From contig JWZX01002626.1 in assembly GCA_001275005.1 (NCBI GenBank), forward strand, positions 1 to 35,456: DNA of 35,456 nt, in the 5' to 3' direction. Positions 1-10,300 of the stretch are shown piece by piece. The first letter of the stretch is position 1, and the number at the start of each line of letters is the position of its first letter. Origin of the DNA: Chrysochromulina tobinii (taxonomy: Eukaryota). Below the pieces are notes generated by a model. That model had not been told where the DNA came from, did not search any database, and saw only the letters and a list, made by a program, of their open reading frames with translations. The position numbers and the translations under genes were made by a program.

Positions 1-1599
1 AAGGGATGTGGGAAGGGAGGCGGTTGGGTTTTCAGGTTCGAAGGGTGGGAGATGAGGGGGAAGAGGGGGGTCATCATCGTCCTCTTGGTCATACCGCCGG
101 CCACCGCCTCCGCCACCTCCCCCGTCTCCTCCTCCACCTTCGTCGTCGTCGTCTCCACCACTACCGCTTCCGCCTCCGCCAGCTCCTCCGGCTCTGGGAG
201 TTTCTTCGTCTTGATGGTCATGTTGGCCGTCGTTGTTGCGTTGAGCTTGAGCTTGATGGTAATATTGACCGTGGCCTTCGCCTTGAGCTTGAGCTTGGGG
301 TTGGGTCTCTTCCTCATCTACGTCGAGAGCAAAGCTGTCGATAGCTGGGGCAAAGTTCGGTGCCGCAGTTGTAATTGGTTGGGCCGGGGCAGTAGGCTCG
401 TCCTGGTTGGGCATCTCCTCATCGTCGACGTCGAGAACAAAGCGGTCGAGATCAGGGGCAAGGTTCGGCGTTGCAGTTGTACCCATCGGATAATCAGTGA
501 GAAGGGGAGTACAGGGTTGGCATTCGATGAGGGGGAGGTGATTCGATGGGAGTATCGCCGAGGTACTCATAGGCCAGAGGTGGGCGGCAACCGTGGCTAG
601 GGTGGAGGGGGGAGGTAAGAGTGGGGATGTGGGTCCGGCGAGGGCGGCGAGGCGGCGGAGGCGGTATTGGCAGGTTGCGGCGTGGTCGTCAAAGGATGCA
701 GAGAGGAAGACGTTGGTGCAATCAGTGCAGATCGTCAATCCAAAGGGGGAGAGGTCGGGGGGTCCAGTGGGGGGGCAGAGGAAGGCGCTCGTGCGGTGAT
801 GGGAACGGATGTGGGCGAGGGTGTGTTGTGGGGTTGGGAGTCGTGTGGTGCATGGGACAAGGCCAGAGAAGGGGCAGTAGGTGTTTCGTCGAGGGTGGTC
901 TGGTTCGGGGGATGGAAGGATGGGTGAAGGGAGAGGTTTGTGTGGTAGGGGTGTGAGGGTGAAGGAGAGTGCGGGTGAGTGGGTAGGGCGGGGAAGGTTA
1001 AGGTGGAGGTCGTGAGAGCCGGGAAGGACGCCCGCGACGAAAGGGGGAGAGCCGTCGGCCGACGAGGGGCAAACAGGGCAGGCGAGCGCTGCGTGAGAGT
1101 GGGCTTCATCGGCAGGATGGGAGCAGGCAGCTTGTGTGAAGCAGGCATTGTGGACGCGGTGGCCGCATGGGAGGAAGAGCCATAGGGTATTGGCCTGTTT
1201 GCTAATGCGATGGCGGGTGTCATCCCAGGATAATCGGCAGTGGCCACCGGGTTCAGAATCCGTGTCAAGGCAGATGGAGCAGGAAGGGCTGGGGGAAGGA
1301 GGTATCGGGGCTGGGCCGTGTGATGTGCAGCGGCCTTCAGAGTTGAAAAGGCTTCGAAGTTGGGGAATGGAAATCGGGTGTGCTGTACCGGTGTTTCGGG
1401 CGGGGTAGGGAAGGCTTGGGGGAGGTGGGAGGGATGCAGCCGAGAAGATTTGGGTACGGAGGGCTCGGCTGCGGATCAAATCAGCGGGTTCGGCCACAGG
1501 GGGGATGTAGTCAAGGGAGGCCCGTGTTGCCTGGCGAGAAGGGCGATCAATCCAGGCAATCATCAAAGTGGCAATCAAGGACTCGACTCGGATGTATGC
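1..1599 (-). CDS. Partial ORF (open to left edge) with RING-H2, C2H2 and C2HC zinc fingers; probable retroelement ORF N-terminal region
   Basis: Hand translation of the minus frame with codons starting at multiples of 3 has no stop from 1617 to 1 (first ATG 1563); it is absent from the ORF track because it has no stop. Motifs: CSICLD...LPCGHRVHNAC...CPVC (1281-1069, C-x2-C-x34-C-x-H-x2-H-x2-C-x20-C-x2-C); YCPFSGLVPC-x12-HIRSHH (876-796); CTDC-x11-H-x3-C (729-670); then an acidic/Gly-rich linker. Confidence 0.8.
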
Positions 1600-1969
1600 T
1601 GCCAACCACGCCACCCCTCATACCCACGCCCACCAACCCTCCGTCCCTTGGTCCTTTCTGGGATACCCCGTCTCACCCCCGTACACGACGACCTTCCACC
1701 CTCCACCCCACCTTCCACACAGATACCCCGCATACCACACACCGCCCCCGCCCCTCACACCCCGCCACCTCTCACTTATCCCCTCCCAACACCGCGACCT
1801 CACCCTCCCTTGATTGGATATCGATTTCATCATCTCTTCCCCCTCGTCCCCCATCATTGAGAGCCCGACCCGATCTCGATGCAAACCTCAGCCTCCTACG
1901 ACCACAACTCCACTGCGGTCCAACCCGATGGGCCGCGAAATCCTTTTCCTCTTTCCCTCCCCCCTGGGC

Positions 1970-2872
1970 CTGTATGAAGCGGGTGACGACAGAGAGGTGG
2001 AATTGGGAGAGGTGAATGCGGACAGGATGCCAGTTGGACTCATCGTGCTCGTGGTCAAGGAGCCATTGGGTAGAGAAATCAAAGGAGTGTTGGGTGATTG
2101 GATGACCATTGTAATCACGGGGGTAGGAAGGGGGGAGTTCATCAAAATCGGGTCGGGGCGGGAGGTGGGTATCGGCGAGGGTTGAGAAGGGGGGGGATGC
2201 GGGGCGTGAGGATGGTGGTGACGGCGGTGGAGAGGGGGGTTGGGGCGGTGGCTGAGTGAGGGCAGCGGAAGGAGAGAGGGCCAGGGCGGAGGCGGATGGG
2301 ATTGCGGCCGAGGTGCCGAGTTGGAGCCAGGCCTGGTGCCCAGTTTCGGTAAGTGTGGCCAGGTGTTGGAGGGTAGCTGCTGCTGCTGAAGCGATGTCGT
2401 TTGCTGAGTAGTGTGATGTGGTTGCTGGCTGGAAAAAGTTTTGGATGTGAGGATCCGGGGAGCTGGCGGCGTATGAGGCGAGGAAGGCGAAAGAACAAGG
2501 GAGCGGGCAGTGAGTAGATGGTCGGGGATTGGAGATGATGGTATCAGCTGAAAGGTTGGGTAGGGCGAGCGTCAGATGGGGATTGTAGTGTGAGATTCGC
2601 AAGAAGATGTCATCGGAAGGAGCTGGAGGTAAGGGTCGAAGGTACGGCAGATTCGGCTGTAGAAAAGCGTATGCTGGTGCAGCGTGAGTTTGGATGGCGC
2701 GGAGGCGAGAGTCGATGGGCAGTATGGAGGCGCCGAGGTCGGAGCGGCACGCGGGTGCTGGAGTTGTCGGGCGTGGTGTCGAGTCGGTGCCAGGCTCGGT
2801 GACCATTTTTAGAAATGGCGGGCGCATTGATAATTTTGGTCCTTCAAGCGGGTATCGGATATGGTGATGCAT
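1970..2872 (-). pseudogene. Upstream Pro-rich ORF segment of the same element, cut off by the 1598-1969 inversion
   Basis: Track ORF 1772..2872(-) has the same C-rich, Pro/Ser/Thr-rich composition as 1..1599(-) down to ~1970 (..VVTRFIQ), then changes abruptly to a Gly/Arg-rich antisense-like translation. Confidence 0.55.
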
Positions 2873-2980
2873 CGCGAGTTTTGATCGTGCGGAAACGAGA
2901 GTCGTTGGGCAGTATAGAGGTGTCGAGATCGGAGCGGTGCACGGGAGCTGGAGCAGTCGGGCGTGATATCGAGTCGGTCA
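2675..2980. repeat. Diverged direct repeat, ~110-bp units, period 190 bp
   Basis: 2701 ggaggcgagagtcgatgggcagtatggaggcgccgaggtcggagcgg vs 2891 ggaaacgagagtcgttgggcagtatagaggtgtcgagatcggagcgg. Minus-strand translations: TDSTPRPTTPAPACRSDLGASILPIDSRLR vs TDSISRPTAPAPVHRSDLDTSILPNDSRFR. Confidence 0.85.
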
Positions 2981-3412
2981 CACGCGTTCACGTTCACGTT
3001 CATTGGCCCTCTTGGAAGGACGCGCCACCACCTCAGGTCCCGTGGAGACACAGCGTGGAGAGCAGAGCGCAGTCTCTACTTTGTCTCTACACGAGTGACC
3101 GCGTGTGAACTCCGTGCCGCGCGAAGGCCTTCCGCGCGCCGCTCTTGTGGGTGCAAGGCTAGAGGGTCGTTTTGCATCCAACACCAGTTTACGGGCCTAG
3201 TGCTCTTTTATGGTGGCCGTGCACCGGCACTGCTCTTCCTCGGGAGAGCGGTGCCTCTTCGTCGCCAGTCGTATTCACTGGTCGCTCAAGCCCGTGGTGT
3301 TTTGGATGGGTTGAAGGAGCTGCTGATCAGTGGGAGCACAGCGTTAGCCCGAGAATCGGCGGCGCAAGAGGTTGCCACGCCCTTTGTGCCCAAGCGAAGC
3401 GGTGTGCGTGAT

Positions 3413-4435
3413 ATGGCCGCGACACACGAGTACACACCCGGACGCCCTCTCGTGATCATCCATTCCCTCTTCGACAGCGAGGACATCCAGCAGATTGATC
3501 GGCTGAGTGAGTGGGTCAAGAAGATGCATCCGACCCAGCACGTTTGCAGGCAATTCGACCAGGCTCCCGTAGAGTACGTCAACGGTGAGCTTGTCGTGCC
3601 CGCTACTACGCAGAATTACGGAGGCGGCAACGACGTGACGCACATTCACGGCTTCGCTCAGATAAGCATACCTCACCTGCTAGAGCACATCATTTGCTCT
3701 GCCAGCGAGGCCACAATGACTGCGAGGTGGTTCCCGCACCCAAGGCAGCTCGGCATCCGGTGTGTCGAGTCGCTGCTCTACCATGCTGGTGGCAAGCTGA
3801 AGCTCCATACGGACAGCGAGAGCATCTACACAATTGTCGTCATGCTTAGCGAACCGTGCGCCGGCGCCTTCACTGGTGGCGACTTTGTGATCCGTGAATC
3901 GACGGACCGGTCGTCGGACGCGCTGCTCCGCGCAGCTCCAAAGAAGGGCGATGCGATCATGTGCGTGCACCAGCTGCTCGGACCTTCCCTCGCTGCAAAC
4001 CCAGTTCATGCCGCGCCCCAGCTCATGTGTGGGTTTGCTCACAGCTTTGACTCGAACATTCTGCACGGCGTCGATACCGTTCTCTTGGGAGAGCGGCGCG
4101 TACTCGTTCTCGAGGTGTGTTCTTGGCCCCGGGAGTGCGGGCTGCAGAGAGCAGCTCACTCATGCCGTACTGACCCTTCGCATGGGTCGCCCCAAGGCCT
4201 AGCTTCTGACACTGCCAGCGAGCATTGCGTTGCGATCGATTGTGTACATTGCGAACCCTCTTGATTGACCTCTCTTCATCGGAGAGCCTCTCATGCGTTG
4301 GCCTATTCCGTGCGCGCTTTTGCTTGCTCATTGCAGTTGTGGGCCTATGAGGACGCGAGCGAGGGAGAAAGAAGGCCAGCTGCTCACACGTACCGAAACA
4401 GGGTGAAAGTGCCGACGTTGCTCCGAGTCCGATGA
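3413..4435 (+). CDS. 2OG-Fe(II) oxygenase, prolyl-4-hydroxylase-like; join(3413..3960,4045..4114,4337..4435)
   Basis: HxD in LKLHTDSESIYTIVVML and FTGGDF. Removing GT-AG introns 3961-4044 and 4115-4336 gives GDAIIFDSNILHGVDTVLLGERRVLVLELW, with the distal His and 2OG-binding Arg. The true start may lie upstream. Confidence 0.8.
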
Positions 4436-4758
4436 TGAGGGAGGGGGGTGAGAAGGCCGCTCTGTGGCCCCATGTGTGATTGATGGCAATGATGCGTGTG
4501 TGGACCGGCCCTGGACGAGCACGGTCCAGCACGAGGGACAGTCGAGTGACACTTTGAGAGTTTTTAACGTTTAAGCGGACCGGGCGCACACGGCACCTCT
4601 CGCGCGCGCGACGTGTAATTCATTTATAAAATAGCAACCCTGGTACGCTACCGAATCGCATCTAACATCACCACACGGCCACGCGAACACGCAATAAATA
4701 TACACCTCACGGCCATTTGCGCGACGGCAGATAAACAATCTCGAGTACTCTCTCGCTG

Positions 4759-5448
4759 TTAGTCATGGGCAAGTTCATCGACGTAGCCGAAGGACTGTAG
4801 CGAGCTCTCGTCGCACCAATCGGCCTCGGCGAGCAGGTCCATGATGTCGCTGCTGCTACGGACCTCTGGCCGCTGCAGCACCTGGGCGGAATCCTCGCGC
4901 GTCGGCTGCAGCCAGTTGCCCCCGACGGTGAAGTTGCCAGCTTCGTACCCCTTCGACCCCTTGGGCTGAGGCGGGGCCTTGGGCGCCAGGCACTTGCGGT
5001 TGGAGCAGCGCGAGTGGCGCAGCCCCGGCCCGCCAAACTTGGGCATGTCGCGGCAGCACGGGCACTCGCCGCAGTCCGGGCGCGAGCAGGCGTTGCATGT
5101 GCATTGGCTCTTTTTGAAGCGGCGTACACTGCTCAAGCTGGGGGGATTCCCGGCCCAGGAGCCATCATGATTTTCGTTGGCTGCCTGCCCATCGGCGGTA
5201 CGAGCATTAGTGGATGGTGGACAAGGCGCACAGAACTGTGCCTGAGCATTGGCCTCACGGAACCAGCAGCCGGCACATTGCGTCAGTCGTGAAGGCTGCC
5301 GTACACCGCAAGTCCTGCATAGCTGAGCGAGCTCGAGATCGTCGTCTTGATCAGACTCGGACTCCTCTTGGGAGGCTAAGGAATCGACGGTCGACGACGA
5401 TCGCGACATAGCCACGTCTCCCTGGACCATGCCCCAGGTCTCAGACAT
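4759..5448 (-). CDS. Small CXXC-type zinc-finger protein
   Basis: CTCNACSRPDCGECPCCRDMPKFGGPGLRHSRCSNRKC matches zf-CXXC including the KFGG motif. An additional N-terminal Cys cluster reads CRTCG..CAGC..FCAPC. ATG at 5448. Confidence 0.8.
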   Translation of the reverse strand: MSETWGMVQGDVAMSRSSSTVDSLASQEESESDQDDDLELAQLCRTCGVRQPSRLTQCAGCWFREANAQAQFCAPCPPSTNARTADGQAANENHDGSWAGNPPSLSSVRRFKKSQCTCNACSRPDCGECPCCRDMPKFGGPGLRHSRCSNRKCLAPKAPPQPKGSKGYEAGNFTVGGNWLQPTREDSAQVLQRPEVRSSSDIMDLLAEADWCDESSLQSFGYVDELAHD

Positions 5449-5753
5449 GCTCAAAACCTGTCTCCGGCACGTCTTCTCCGAAGATACCAAAAGGCGGTGC
5501 AAAAATCAACGTTGAGCAGCGTTGGGTGATTACATGTAATGACTAAGCTGATTACGATATAATTGTTTCGTCAAGACCTCGAGGGTCTGGGAATCGCCGT
5601 CGGCGCTCATACATTTGCCAGACTGGACGCCGACGTATGGGTGCCGCCAACGGGCGGGTATTGCAAAACAGTGCGCTTTCTAGTTTACCCTGTTATAACG
5701 CTTTTCTGAGAAAAAAGGCCTCGGAGAAGCCGAGCTTCCTGAAGACGGCAGAG

Positions 5754-6884
5754 ATGCTGTTCCTGGTGACCCTGGCGCTCGCTGCGCCCGTCGAGCTCGT
5801 AGAGTACGCGCCGAAAAAGACGACTCGCCACGTGCTCAAATCGCTCGACTACCACCTCTCCTTCGAGCAGTACGTGGCGGAGTATCGCAAGGTCTACACC
5901 GATGCAGAGAAGCCCGCACGCCAGGCCGCGTTCGAGGCCTCACTTGCCGCAATCAAGGCGCACAACGAGCAGATCCCGGCGCCCTCGTGGTTCATGGGCC
6001 TCTCCGAGCACAGTGACAAGAGCAAGGATGAGTGGGCCTCTCTCAAGGGGCTGCACCGCGGCGCGTTCTTTTCAGCCGCCGTCGCTGCCGTGCGTGCCAA
6101 CACCACTCGGCGGTTCGACCCGCCCGCCAGCCTCGACTGGCGCGATTCGGGCGTCGTCACGCCAGTCAAGAACCAGGGCGGATGCGGCTCTTGCTGGGCC
6201 TTCTCAGCCGCAGAGACCGTCGAGTCGGCTTACGGCATGGCGACGCTCAAGGCCAGCGGCAAGGCCGCCTCCATCCCCATCCTCTCGCCTCAACAGCTCG
6301 TCGACTGCGCGCCCAACCCGGAACACTGTGGCGGCACTGGCGGATGTGCGGGCTCCACGCAGCCCCTCGCCTTCCAGTACCTCATCTCGTCGGGCGGCGA
6401 GGACAGCGATCTGGACTACCCATACATGGCGCGCGACGGCAAGTGCGTGGCCGGCAGCCGCAAGCCTGTGATCGGCATCAGCGGGTACGAAGACCTTCCC
6501 ATGAATGACTACACGGCGCTGCTCGAGGCGCTCGTGAACGAGGGCCCGATCGCCATCTCGGTCGACGCCTCGTGGGGCGCGTACGAGGACGGCGTCTTCT
6601 CGTCGGACTCGAACTGGTTGATCGACCACGCCGTGCAGCTCGTGGGCTACGGGACGGAAGGCGGCAAGGACTACTGGCTCGTGCGCAACTCGTGGGGCAC
6701 GAGCTGGGGCGAGAATGGATACATCAAGCTCGAGAAATTTGGAGAGGGCAAGGAGCCGTGCGGCACCGACACGGCGCCCGCGTCTGGCTTCGTCTGCGAG
6801 GGCGGTCCGTCGACGATCACCGTGTGCGGCACCTCGGGCATGCTCTCGGGCTCCTCGTACCCGACGGGCGCGAAGCTGCTCTGA
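5754..6884 (+). CDS. Papain-family (C1A) cysteine protease, cathepsin L-like, pre-pro form
   Basis: Signal peptide MLFLVTLALA, I29-like propeptide, DWR..VTPVKNQGGCGSCWAFS (catalytic Cys), IDHAVQLVGYG (His), YWLVRNSWG (Asn). Confidence 0.95.
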   Translation: MLFLVTLALAAPVELVEYAPKKTTRHVLKSLDYHLSFEQYVAEYRKVYTDAEKPARQAAFEASLAAIKAHNEQIPAPSWFMGLSEHSDKSKDEWASLKGLHRGAFFSAAVAAVRANTTRRFDPPASLDWRDSGVVTPVKNQGGCGSCWAFSAAETVESAYGMATLKASGKAASIPILSPQQLVDCAPNPEHCGGTGGCAGSTQPLAFQYLISSGGEDSDLDYPYMARDGKCVAGSRKPVIGISGYEDLPMNDYTALLEALVNEGPIAISVDASWGAYEDGVFSSDSNWLIDHAVQLVGYGTEGGKDYWLVRNSWGTSWGENGYIKLEKFGEGKEPCGTDTAPASGFVCEGGPSTITVCGTSGMLSGSSYPTGAKLL

Positions 6885-7330
6885 GGGGGGCTCTAGTAGA
6901 GCGCTCGCGAGTGTTTTGCGTCTGGCCGAGGCCCTCCGTGTAAACTTGTCTGGTCGCTCTAGCGCGGGGAGTCTATGAGCGGCGTGTGCTGCGTTGGCAG
7001 GGTTGCGTCTTTATCTCTTTACAGTGTTTTTCCGAGACATAGGTTGCAGAGTTTGTGAGTTTCCGCACCGTAATCGCAAAGTCATCCCAAAGCCTCTGGC
7101 GAGAAATGTGGGATCAGTCTGGGGATCAGTGTAACAGGGTCAGGGAGAGACCCCCGACCAGTGTCGAGTGTGGGGCGAATTCGTTCGGCTAATCAGTTTT
7201 AACTTAAACTTACTATGAGTGGGGTGCATCGTGGGAACCCGGTACCGTACGAGTGAGTTCACATCCCACAGGTGCGGCATATTTCGTCAGTCACGTTTCG
7301 CGGGTCTCTTTTGTTTCAAGTTGCGACGCG

Positions 7331-10300
7331 ATGGACGCCCCAAGGCCGCCTCACGCGCGCATCGCCACGATCGAAGACTGCGGCCTTTCGAATGTTATCG
7401 TGCAGCGCTACGCGTCGGCTGGCATCACGCGCCTCTTTGAGTGGCAGGCCGCCGCCCTCGCTCTACCTGGCGTGCTTGAGGGCAAGCAGCACCTCGTGTA
7501 CACAGCGAGCACGAGCGCTGGCAAGACGCTTGTTGCCGAGCTGCTGCTGCTGCGCCGGCTCGAGACGCACGGGCAGCGCGCCAAGGCCCTTGTCGTCCTG
7601 CCTCTGCGAGCGCTCGTCACCCAAAAGGCGGCCGAGCTCTCGAAGCTGCTCGACAAAACGGGCCTCACAGTGGCGCCGTACATGACGGCTGTCGGCGAGC
7701 TGCCGATGCCGCGGCGGCTCAACGTGGCCGTGTGCACGTTTGAAAAGGCGGGCATGATCGTGCAGAGTATGTCCGAGGCCGGTCGGCTCGGCGAGATCGT
7801 CGCGGTCGTCATCGACGAGCTCCACCTGCTCGGGGAGGGCCAGCGTGGCGCAAACCTCGAGCGGACGATCGCGCGGCTGCTCTTGCATGCACGCCGGCCG
7901 GCCTCGGTATCGCGCGCGTCGCTCGCCAGCAGCCCGGGCGCTGTCGCATCCTCAGCCACGCCGCTTGAGTCGACCGCCGACGATGCCAGCGAAGGTGGCG
8001 GCAGCGGGCGTGGCGGCGGCCTCGTCTGCGGCGACAGCACGGCGCTCACGCTCGGCGCGGCGCCCGAGCGGCGGGGCATGCAGATCATCGGCATGAGCGC
8101 GACGCTGCCCAACCTGCCCGATCTGCAGCGCTGGCTGGCACCGTGCGCGTGCTTTCAGGCCGACTTGGGCAGGCGCGAGGTGCCTCTGTATGAGCGGCTC
8201 GTTGGCACGTTCCACCCTGGCGAGCCGCTTGTGACGAACCTCGACGAGACGCCGGTGGATCTTCCTGCGCCATGGCAGGCACCTGGGTCGGTGGCCGCAG
8301 CCGCGGCGGTGCAAGCAGCAGCAGCGGCAGTGGTCGCGCCTGAGCGGGAGGGTACGGCGGCACGCAAGGCGGCGGTCTCGTCCTTGACCTCGTGGCGGCC
8401 GCCGTCGAAGCGCGACGTTGCGCTGTGGCTCGCCCGCCCGACGTGCCGTGCCGAACAGGGCGTGCTCGTCTTCTGCCAGACTCAGAAGGCGTGTGAGGAC
8501 TTTGCAAGCGCGGCGGCAGCCTCTGTGGACCTTGAAGGGAGGCGGCTGGTTCCCGAGGCGGCGCCCAAGGTGACGGAGGTACTCGAGGAGCTCGAGCATG
8601 CATGCCCTGACGGTGCGTCGCCCGTGCTCCTCGAGGCCGTGCGCGGGCGTTGCGCCTTCTATCATGCTGGAATGAGCGAGCCGGAGCAGAAGGTCGTAGA
8701 GCACGCCTTTAGGCAGGGTCACTTGCGCTTTCTCGCGGCAACCACCTCGCTCTCCGAGGGGGTCAACTTACCGGTGCGGGTGGCGATCATCGCGACGCTC
8801 ACTCTCGGGAAGAGCACTCCCCTCACAGCCACCAAGTACCGTCAGATGATTGGGCGCGCCGGGCGCAAGGGTCTGGAGACCGAAGGGTATGCGTACGTGC
8901 TCGTGAGTTCGGAAGCAGAGCGTCGCGAGGCGCTCAAGCTCATGCACGCGTCGCCGCCGGAGGTGGTCTCACAGCTGCTGCCGCCGCTGTCGCGCACGTT
9001 GCCATCGCTGCCGCTGCAGCAGCTACCGTTGGCCCCACAGGCCGTTGGTGTCGGCGACGGTAACGCAGGCGGCGCGTTGGTCGTCGCTGGCACCAACGGT
9101 GCGGGCGGCGGTGGCGGCGCCATGATGGGCGAGGGCGTGGCGCTTCTGCTCCTCGAGAGCATTGCGGGTGGCTTGATCCGTTGGAAGGAGGATGTGCAAC
9201 GGCTGCTTGCATGCACTCTGTGGGCCACCCAGATTGGCTGCTCAGAGCCATCTGCAATTCAGCAGATGACAAACGCCATCAAGCACCTGATGAAGTATCA
9301 GCTGATTGAGAAACGAAGCGTGGAGCGCGGCATCAAGTGGGAACCACAGTGGAAGCGAGCCCCCACTATGGTTGAGGTGGAGTGCGCGCAATTGAGCGTC
9401 GCCCTCGCGGCGGGTCAGACGGAGTTCAAGCCGTCTGAGCTCGAGAGCTTTGGTCTCTTGCCTGCGCAGCTCGCGGCCGAGAAGTGTGTCGTGCGGGTGA
9501 CGCCGTGCATCAGCACCGCCAGCCTGGGAAGCGGCGGCGGCGGCGGCGGTTGCAGGGGGGTCGGCGAGGGCAATGGCGGCGACGGCGACGACGGTGGCAG
9601 TGGCAGGACCATCTGGTATAAGCTCGTCTCTGCTGAGTGGCGATGCACCGCGCAAGGCCAGGCGGTCGCCGCAGCAAGTGGCTTCGCGACGAGCTGGGGC
9701 ATCAGCGGCGACGGCGCGCGGGCCGACGCATCGGATTTGAAGACCGACGGCGCAGCGGCGGCCACCGTCCGCGGCGGCAGCGTACAAGGCGCGGCTGCTG
9801 TCAGCAGCGGCGTCGGCGGTGGCGTCGACGCCAGCAATGGCGACGTCAGCAGCAGCGTGCGAGATGTGCCTAAGGGCGTGGAAGCCGGCTCGGGCGCTGG
9901 GTTGGGCACCGGATCGGGCGCTGGGTCGGGCACCGGATCGGGCGCTGTATCGGGCGGTGGCTTCGACGAGCTCGCTCGGATGAGGGACGAGCTCGACCGC
10001 GTACGTCGTGGCGGTCTGCAATTCACGTCGGAGATCCACCAGCTCTACCTCTGTGTCGGCGATGCCGCCAACCACGACTCGATTAGCTACCCTTGCTTTG
10101 ATGCGGAGCTGCTTGGACGGATGATCTGGGGGCCACGCTGGGATTGGGACGAGAAGAGTGTGACTCTCGAGGCATGCGTGGCGGACGTCCATCGGAGTGC
10201 GGCGCCCGCGCTAGATCGCGATCTCGCGCCGCTCTGCAGCCTCGTGCTTTGTCAAGCGCTCGCTGAGTCACTGCCAGCCGACGCGTTTGCAACGGAGCGC

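Larger units (their letters stand above)
1..3000 (-). mobile_element. Putative degenerate non-LTR retrotransposon, 5' portion (RT not within the window)
   Basis: Strongly C-rich sense strand and Pro/His/Ser/Thr-rich coding unlike neighbouring host genes, no introns, tandem N-terminal zinc fingers, an apparent frameshift and inversion, and a diverged 5' tandem repeat. No RT or endonuclease motif is visible, so the class is inferred. Confidence 0.5.

Noticed and set aside
52..1860. Plus-strand ORFs of the track (52..600, 621..956, 1360..1860 etc.)
   Set aside because: These are antisense shadows of the zinc-finger frame, with Gly/Arg/Val-rich translations and no motifs; only the 1598-1969 block reads sensibly on +.
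2963..3412. Long N-terminal extension of the oxygenase ORF given by the track
   Set aside because: It begins at a non-ATG codon and overlaps the element's 5' flank; the first in-frame ATG is 3413.
4571..4584. ttaagcggaccgg resembling the reverse complement near 34380-34391 as a possible TTAA transposon end
   Set aside because: The match is too short and has no partner terminus nearby.
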